From: Rubripirellula sp.
GTDB lineage: Bacteria > Planctomycetota > Planctomycetia > Pirellulales > Pirellulaceae
Assembly: GCA_965216875.1 (NCBI GenBank)
Contig: OZ244207.1
Span: 608,001-672,000, forward strand
Reading direction: 5' to 3'
Length of the DNA: 64,000 nt
Part shown: piece by piece, positions 58,173 through 64,000 of the stretch
How positions within the stretch are numbered: the stretch's first letter is position 1
Layout: the number at the start of each line of letters is the position of its first letter
Translations under genes and position numbers: made by a program
The notes under the pieces: generated by a model
The model's database searches: none
Seen by the model: the letters and a program-made list of their open reading frames with translations, nothing else
Told to the model about the DNA's origin: nothing

Positions 58173-58784
58173 ATGACCAGCACTGAAGTGCTTGCGCAAC
58201 GCAAGACAGAGATCCGCAAACAGGCTCACGCGGCACGCCGCGACCAGGCCGACAAAGACACCGTAAGCCAACAGATCACCGATCGTGTGATGGGGCTGGC
58301 CGAATACGAGTCGGCCGGCTGCGTGATGTGGTACGTCGATGTTCGCGACGAAGCACGAACGCGTCATGCCCTTCCGGCGACTTTGGAAAGTGGCAAGAAG
58401 ATCGTCATCCCGTACTGTGTCGATGGTGAACTTGAGCTCTTTCACCTCGAGTCGATGGAAGAACTCGAGACCGGTATGTACAAAATCCTCGAACCGCGTG
58501 CCGACTTGCGAGACGTCGAAAGCAAGCGAGTCGACGTCAAGGAACTCGACTTGATCCTTGTTCCCGGTGTGGCCTTCGACGATCGCGGTGGTCGCACGGG
58601 ACATGGCAAGGGTTACTACGACAAGTTGCTTGAAAACGCAAAAGCCGAAACGCCGCTTGTCTCGCTCGCGTTTGAATGCCAAATGTTTGATGAGATCCCG
58701 ATGCAGGATCACGACATCTTTATGGACAAAGTGGTGACCGAAGCTCGCGTGTACGACGGAATCGGTCGTAGCGAGTCGTTGTAA
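58173..58784 (+). CDS. 5-formyltetrahydrofolate cyclo-ligase
   Basis: ILEP, VPGVAFD..GHGKGYYD, HD. Confidence 0.92.
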   Translation: MTSTEVLAQRKTEIRKQAHAARRDQADKDTVSQQITDRVMGLAEYESAGCVMWYVDVRDEARTRHALPATLESGKKIVIPYCVDGELELFHLESMEELETGMYKILEPRADLRDVESKRVDVKELDLILVPGVAFDDRGGRTGHGKGYYDKLLENAKAETPLVSLAFECQMFDEIPMQDHDIFMDKVVTEARVYDGIGRSESL

Positions 58785-58803
58785 CCAACCAAGGGAGCCA
58801 TCG

Positions 58804-59742
58804 ATGGCGACGGGATCAATGGAAACTGAGTTGGGCGTGCTTGTCGATGACACCTACGCCGAGGGCTTTCGCAGCATCTATGGCGAGGTGTTGATCACGG
58901 CGCGCGATGAGCGATGGTTGATGCACTGTGTCAACGCAGTGACAGGACACGCGTCGAGCACCATTCTTTGTGACTGCGAAGCGGGTGTGGCTCAGTGGAT
59001 TAGCGCCGAGGCAGCCGCTGCCGGCGCGACACCAGATGGTCGCATCGGTGCGATCGTGCAATTCCACGTGCCAAGGTTTCTCAAGAACCGCCGCGAGCAT
59101 TTGGAAAAGGTCATGCTGGCTCGCCTTAGCCAAAACGTTTTGACTTGCCCGACCGCACGTTGTTTCAACCAAATCGACTCCGAAGACTACTTTAAACTTG
59201 GTCGCAAGATCGCGTTGTTTGGTGACCGACATCAGTTTCGTGATGTTCGTCACGGCGAACGTGGCTGGGTGGTACCGACGTTGGGCGGCGAGTTCTTTCT
59301 CTCGCGACGATTCGGTTTTCGCGATGGCGTGATGGGCGGGAACCTGTGGTTCTTTGGTCCTGACGAAGACACGGCACTTGATGCTGCCGAGCGAGCCGCC
59401 TTTGCAGCTGAAGGCACACCTGACGTGATCACCACCTTTCCGGGCGGCGTAGCCGCGAGCGGATCGAAAGCGGGCAGCAGCTACGACTTTTTGATCGCAG
59501 CGACCTATGCCGAGTTTTGTCCGACGCTCCGCGAGAAGCTGGGCGAGAAGTCAAAGTTGCCCGAAGGCGTTAACAGCGTGATGGAAATCATCATGAACGG
59601 GCGCGACCTCGATGCACTGAAAGAGGCGACTCGTCGCGCCATCCATGCCGCTGCCGAAACTCCAGGCTTGATCAAGATTAGCGCCGGCAATTACGGCGGA
59701 CGCCTCGGCAAGTCGTTGATTCACTTGCACGAGTTGATTTAG
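58804..59742 (+). CDS. fhcD: Formylmethanofuran--tetrahydromethanopterin N-formyltransferase
   Basis: DDTYAE.F, CDCEAG, TPDGR, QNVLTCPT, SGSK, ISAGNYGG.LG. Confidence 0.92.
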   Translation: MATGSMETELGVLVDDTYAEGFRSIYGEVLITARDERWLMHCVNAVTGHASSTILCDCEAGVAQWISAEAAAAGATPDGRIGAIVQFHVPRFLKNRREHLEKVMLARLSQNVLTCPTARCFNQIDSEDYFKLGRKIALFGDRHQFRDVRHGERGWVVPTLGGEFFLSRRFGFRDGVMGGNLWFFGPDEDTALDAAERAAFAAEGTPDVITTFPGGVAASGSKAGSSYDFLIAATYAEFCPTLREKLGEKSKLPEGVNSVMEIIMNGRDLDALKEATRRAIHAAAETPGLIKISAGNYGGRLGKSLIHLHELI

Positions 59743-59829
59743 TAGTCGCCAGAGTTCGTAGTACCGAGCTTTAGCTGGAATCTTCATGCATTCCGCCTGA
59801 CGGCGGGACTACGAACGGGATTCGCCCGA

Positions 59830-59885
59830 GCGTTGGATGATGGGCGTTGGATGATGGGCGTTGGATGATGGGCGTTGGATGATGG
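59830..59885. repeat. 14-bp tandem repeat, four copies
   Basis: GCGTTGGATGATGG x4 between convergent genes. Confidence 0.9.
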
Positions 59886-59999
59886 GACGGCAAACGAACA
59901 CGTTCCACCTTCTGGCGAATGTAGCTACGTTCGGCAGTGTTCGTAGTGCAGAGCTTTTGCCGGATCTGCGTCGCTGTCGCTCCTTGATCCGGCCTACTT

Positions 60000-61010
60000 C
60001 TACTTTTGCATCGCTTGCAGTTTTTCTTTTGCCGCTCCGCCGTCGATTGCGGAGGTGGCTTGTTTGGCAGCCGATTGCAATGAGTCGGTTTTGCCAACGA
60101 GCAGGAGGGCTGCAGCCGTTCCGGCGATGACCGTGTCGCGACATGGCCCAGGTTCGCCGTCAAAGATCCGACGAATGATCGCGGCGCTTTCCGCGGGGTC
60201 GGCTGCGGCCAGAGCCTCTTGTCCGACGGGCAGGAGACCAAAATCGCTCGCCGTCCACGTGTGTTGGGTTTGCTGATCGCCGACGACTTCGATCACCGAA
60301 GTTTCGCCATCGAGTGAAACCTCATCTTGCCCATCACCGGCGTGAATGACAAAGGAACGCGCAGTGCCAAGTTGCGCCAGCGCGGCGGCAACCTTTTGGT
60401 GTGCGTCAACGCTTGATGTTCCAAGCAATTGATGCGTCGCGCCGGCTGGATTGCAAAGCGGGCCCAACAGATTGAACAGCGTCTTGACGCCAAGTTTTCG
60501 ACGGACGCCCACGACGTGTCGCATCGCTGGATGGAGCTTGGCGGCGAAACAGAAACAGATGCCGATCGAATCGAGTTTGGCCGCCACGGCGTCGGCGTCC
60601 GATTCGATGCCCACGCCAAGTTCTTCAAGGACGTCGGCCGAGCCGGTCAAACTGGTCGCCTTGCGGTTGCCGTGCTTGGCAACGGCAACGCCGCAGGCAG
60701 CTGCGGTGATCGCGACGGCGGTCGAGATATTGAACGTGCCGCTTCCGCTTCCGCCCGTTCCACAGGTGTCGAGGAGGACGCTGTGGCTGTGTGGGATTCG
60801 CGTCATGTGCGACCGCATCGCACGAGCCGCACCGACCATTTCGCTGACCGCTTCCCCTTTGGCCCGGAGCGCAAGCAGCAGCGCGCCCACCTCATCTTCG
60901 GAGGCGTCGCCCCGAAGCATCGCGTCGATCAACTCGGCGGTCTGATCAATCGAGAGGTCGGTTCCGGCGGAGGCTTGCGCGATTGCGGTCGGGAATGCAG
61001 AACTGGACAT
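60000..61010 (-). CDS. trpD: Anthranilate phosphoribosyltransferase
   Basis: DTCGTGG, FNIST, KHGNR, GSADVLE, FNLLGPL.NP. Confidence 0.96.
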   Translation of the reverse strand: MSSSAFPTAIAQASAGTDLSIDQTAELIDAMLRGDASEDEVGALLLALRAKGEAVSEMVGAARAMRSHMTRIPHSHSVLLDTCGTGGSGSGTFNISTAVAITAAACGVAVAKHGNRKATSLTGSADVLEELGVGIESDADAVAAKLDSIGICFCFAAKLHPAMRHVVGVRRKLGVKTLFNLLGPLCNPAGATHQLLGTSSVDAHQKVAAALAQLGTARSFVIHAGDGQDEVSLDGETSVIEVVGDQQTQHTWTASDFGLLPVGQEALAAADPAESAAIIRRIFDGEPGPCRDTVIAGTAAALLLVGKTDSLQSAAKQATSAIDGGAAKEKLQAMQK

Positions 61011-61182
61011 GAATGCGTTTCGATGCGAATGGTTGGAAGCGAAGATGGCTGGGAATCGAAGATCATACGCCGCGGCGGCTTCGCTGACAGCATGGACAAA
61101 GGTTCGAGAAGCGATTCGTTGGCGCCAAGCCTCGTCGGAAATCGGGGTCGTGCTGCGCGGCGTGAATTCCTAAACTGGTTGC

Positions 61183-62124
61183 ATGGCCCGCAAGATAATC
61201 ATCGATTGTGACCCTGGGATTGACGACGCCGTTGCATTGGCGATTGCGCTTTTTGACCCCAGGCTCGAGGTTTTGGCAATCACCGCGACGAGCGGGACTG
61301 TCGAAGCTGATCAGGCGACCGAAAACGTTTCGGCGATCCTCAGCCAGCTCGATCCGCCCAAATACCCGCGAATTGGCAAGGCAACCGCCGCAGCCGGTGC
61401 GTCGGTTGTGGACGACCGTCACCTCAACGGCAGTGACGGACTGGGCGACAGTGGGTTCCAATCATCGGGACGCCAGCACCAGATTTCGAGCGAAAAGGTG
61501 ATGGGCGAACTCGTTCGCAAACATTCGGGCGAAGTCACCTTGGTTTGTCTTGGACCGCTCACCAATTTGGCTCGGCTTTGCCAACGTGATCCAGGTGCCA
61601 TCTCGATGATCGACAAAGTGATCATCAGTGGCGGTACGGTCGAACGCCCCGGCAATGCGACGCCGGTGGCCGAGTTAAACATGTACTTCGACGCCGAAAG
61701 CGCGAACGACGTATTTCATTCGGGAACGACCAAGAGTTTGTTGCCGCTTGATGTGACCGAATCGATTCAGTTCGGTGTTCAATTGTTGGAACAACTGCCC
61801 AACAAATACACGCGTGCCGGATCGATGCTGCACAAGCTGTTGACCTTTGCCTTTCGTGCGGCTCACCAGCGTCTCGGCCGCGAGATGATCTCGCTTTACG
61901 ATGCCACGACGATCCTTGCCGTACTCGAACCTGACTTGTTCACATGGACCAACATGGCGGGCAAAGTCGAAACGCGCGGTGAACTCACCCGAGGCATGAC
62001 GATCTTTGATCGTCGCTTGCGGCCCGAGTGGCCGATGAACATGGAAGTCGCAACGGGCGTGGATGAAACCGAAGCCCAAGAAATGGTCGTTCGCAGTCTG
62101 CGATACGCTGGCCAGCAGAGCTAG
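61183..62124 (+). CDS. Nucleoside hydrolase (IU-NH family)
   Basis: IDCDPGIDDA, GPLTNLA, GNATPVAE.N. Confidence 0.93.
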   Translation: MARKIIIDCDPGIDDAVALAIALFDPRLEVLAITATSGTVEADQATENVSAILSQLDPPKYPRIGKATAAAGASVVDDRHLNGSDGLGDSGFQSSGRQHQISSEKVMGELVRKHSGEVTLVCLGPLTNLARLCQRDPGAISMIDKVIISGGTVERPGNATPVAELNMYFDAESANDVFHSGTTKSLLPLDVTESIQFGVQLLEQLPNKYTRAGSMLHKLLTFAFRAAHQRLGREMISLYDATTILAVLEPDLFTWTNMAGKVETRGELTRGMTIFDRRLRPEWPMNMEVATGVDETEAQEMVVRSLRYAGQQS

Positions 62125-62162
62125 ATCATTGTTCCGCACCTACCTTCGCCAGAAGGTGGAAG

Positions 62163-63992
62163 TCACATCGGGTGATATTCGATGACGTCGCCCTGTTGGT
62201 AGTCCTGCAACGTGAGCGGTAGTTGTGGGTGTTCGAGTTCGCCCGCCGCGTGTGGCGGCAATGCTTCTTCGAGCTGATAGAGTTCATGTCGACGTGGATG
62301 ACATGCTTCATCCATGACGTGCGTTACCAACGCGACGATCAGTTCGTTGCGTCGCACTTCGTCGGAACGTTTTCGAAACAGACGTCCGAGCACCGGAATC
62401 TTGCCGAAGCCGGGGACAATCGATCGAAGATGCACGTCTTCTTCGCGAATCAATCCGCCAATAATGACCCCGCCGCCATCGGGCAACAGGATTGTCGTTT
62501 GCACTTCGGTGGTGTCTTCCTCGGGAAAACCGTTCTCGGTGATCTTGCCTCCCGAGACCTTTGGCAACACCGTCATCAAGACGTTGCCGTCATCGGTGAT
62601 CACCGGTTGGACGGTCAGTACGATGCCGACCTCGAGAAACTCGACGCTTTGAACCGTTGTCGTTTGTGTCGTCGTTGCGACAGAGTACGGCAGACGCTGA
62701 CCAATTTGAATCTTCGCTTCCTGGCGATTGACGACCGAGAGCTTTGGAGACGCCAGCGTGCGTGAATTGGTTTCGGAACGAATCAAATCAATCAACGTTC
62801 CCATGTCGGTCGAATCGACTCGCAGCGCAACCGCGGGTGTGCTCGGCTCTTCCTCGGCAAAGTTCTTGCCCTCGATCGAAATCTTGGCTGTCTTCAATCG
62901 AGCCAAACCGCGAAGGTTGATTCCGTGGCGTTCATCTTCGCCTAGCGCGATTTGCAGCACGTGAGCTTCGACCAGGACTTGGCGTGGCGGAACGTCGATT
63001 TGCGCAACGTACTGTGCGATCCGTTCGTGAGCCGAAGCGACATCCTCGACCACCAACAACTCACGTGTCTTGAGTTGGTCTTTCGAATCCGATTCGCTGA
63101 CAAAGACGCGTCCCGCTTCGGAAAGCAGGCCGTTGGCGACCGATTCGACTTCTTTCGCGGACACGTAGTCGAGCGGATAGACCTGCAAACGGCGACCTTG
63201 CACTCGGCGGTCAAGTCCAGGTGCTTTGGCGCTGGTGACGTAAAGCAGATTGTCGACGCGATGCCAGCTGAAGCCAGCCACTCCTGTGATCGCGTCGAGC
63301 ACTTCTTCGAGTTTCGCGCCGCGGATACTGACCGTAACGCTGCCTTGCACAAGTGGTCCGAGGACGAGGTTGAGCTTGTGGTGGTCGGCGATCATTCGCA
63401 AGACAGCCGTCAGGTCAGCGCCGGTGGCAACCAGCGTCACCAAATCACTTTCGCCATGCAGTTGAACCGATTGATCCGCTGCTTCCGACTCCACTGGTAC
63501 CAAAAGCGTCTCTTCCGAAACTTGTCGAATCGAAGCGGAAGGTTGTTGATTGCGAATCAGTTCGTGGAACGCTCGCGCAGGTTGCTCGGCAGGAATCGTC
63601 TGCGCCCCCGCGTTTCCGCCCGCCTGAGCAATCGGTTGGGCCGCGTGAGTGGTCGTACTGGCCGCGCGAGTTGGACTGGCGGGCTTGAGTTCACGCGGTT
63701 GCCACTTGCGATAGATGAAGTTGTTCGACGGCTGGCGGGGCGCAGTCGGCGCGACGGGGCGCGTGACCAGCTTTGGCAGCCTGGTCGCTTGCGCTGGTGG
63801 CGCGGGCGGCGCGTTGAGTGTTTGCGATTGAGAAGCTGTCGGCTGTGATTGGGTTGGCGCTTCACGAAGTTGGCGTGAAACATCGCGAGCCATTCGCAGC
63901 TTGGCTTCTGCAAATGTTCGTGGAGGCTCGAGCGGTTGGCTCGGCGGGTCGGCAGCGAGTTCGGCGCAGCAGGCAACGCAGAGCATCAGCAC
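62163..63992 (-). CDS. Secretin (GspD/PilQ family); start may lie beyond the window
   Basis: IDVPPRQVLVEA, LASPKL, VGIVLTVQP, IIGGLI, IPVLGRLF. Confidence 0.9.
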   Translation of the reverse strand: MLMLCVACCAELAADPPSQPLEPPRTFAEAKLRMARDVSRQLREAPTQSQPTASQSQTLNAPPAPPAQATRLPKLVTRPVAPTAPRQPSNNFIYRKWQPRELKPASPTRAASTTTHAAQPIAQAGGNAGAQTIPAEQPARAFHELIRNQQPSASIRQVSEETLLVPVESEAADQSVQLHGESDLVTLVATGADLTAVLRMIADHHKLNLVLGPLVQGSVTVSIRGAKLEEVLDAITGVAGFSWHRVDNLLYVTSAKAPGLDRRVQGRRLQVYPLDYVSAKEVESVANGLLSEAGRVFVSESDSKDQLKTRELLVVEDVASAHERIAQYVAQIDVPPRQVLVEAHVLQIALGEDERHGINLRGLARLKTAKISIEGKNFAEEEPSTPAVALRVDSTDMGTLIDLIRSETNSRTLASPKLSVVNRQEAKIQIGQRLPYSVATTTQTTTVQSVEFLEVGIVLTVQPVITDDGNVLMTVLPKVSGGKITENGFPEEDTTEVQTTILLPDGGGVIIGGLIREEDVHLRSIVPGFGKIPVLGRLFRKRSDEVRRNELIVALVTHVMDEACHPRRHELYQLEEALPPHAAGELEHPQLPLTLQDYQQGDVIEYHPM

Positions 63993-64000
63993 TCCGCATT

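Noticed and set aside
58173..59742. Archaeal-type C1 gene as a novel acquisition
   Set aside because: H4MPT-linked genes such as fhcD/ftr are well known in Planctomycetes

Overview
Planctomycete-like chromosomal window (inferred from gene content: ECF/FecR-LamG pair, H4MPT formyltransferase, secretin). About 1-48.3 kb is accessory DNA and 48.4-64 kb is housekeeping backbone. The central feature is a minus-strand RNA operon (about 25160 to 18420). In order it contains: (1) conserved promoter motifs; (2) a 52-codon leader ORF with a terminator/antiterminator pair; (3) 39 tRNA genes covering all 20 amino acids, many non-canonical and none with encoded CCA; (4) four Y-RNA-like modules sharing one scaffold but carrying different inserts, one with a 28-nt copy of 23S rRNA helix 69-71 sequence and one a circularly permuted tRNA mimic; (5) a decayed Ro60/TROVE gene. 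A diverged second copy of the leader, attenuator and first tRNA lies at 1-525 and points out of the window. The window also holds an McrBC-like restriction pair, a PL8-like lyase, and two tandem elements integrated at tRNA-Asn. Their candidate defence cargo is glycosylase-PfkB/NDT-QueC-nitroreductase, ParA-SIR2, and kinase-helicase-unknown. All calls come from reading the sequence by eye; tRNA and ncRNA ends may be off by a few nt.
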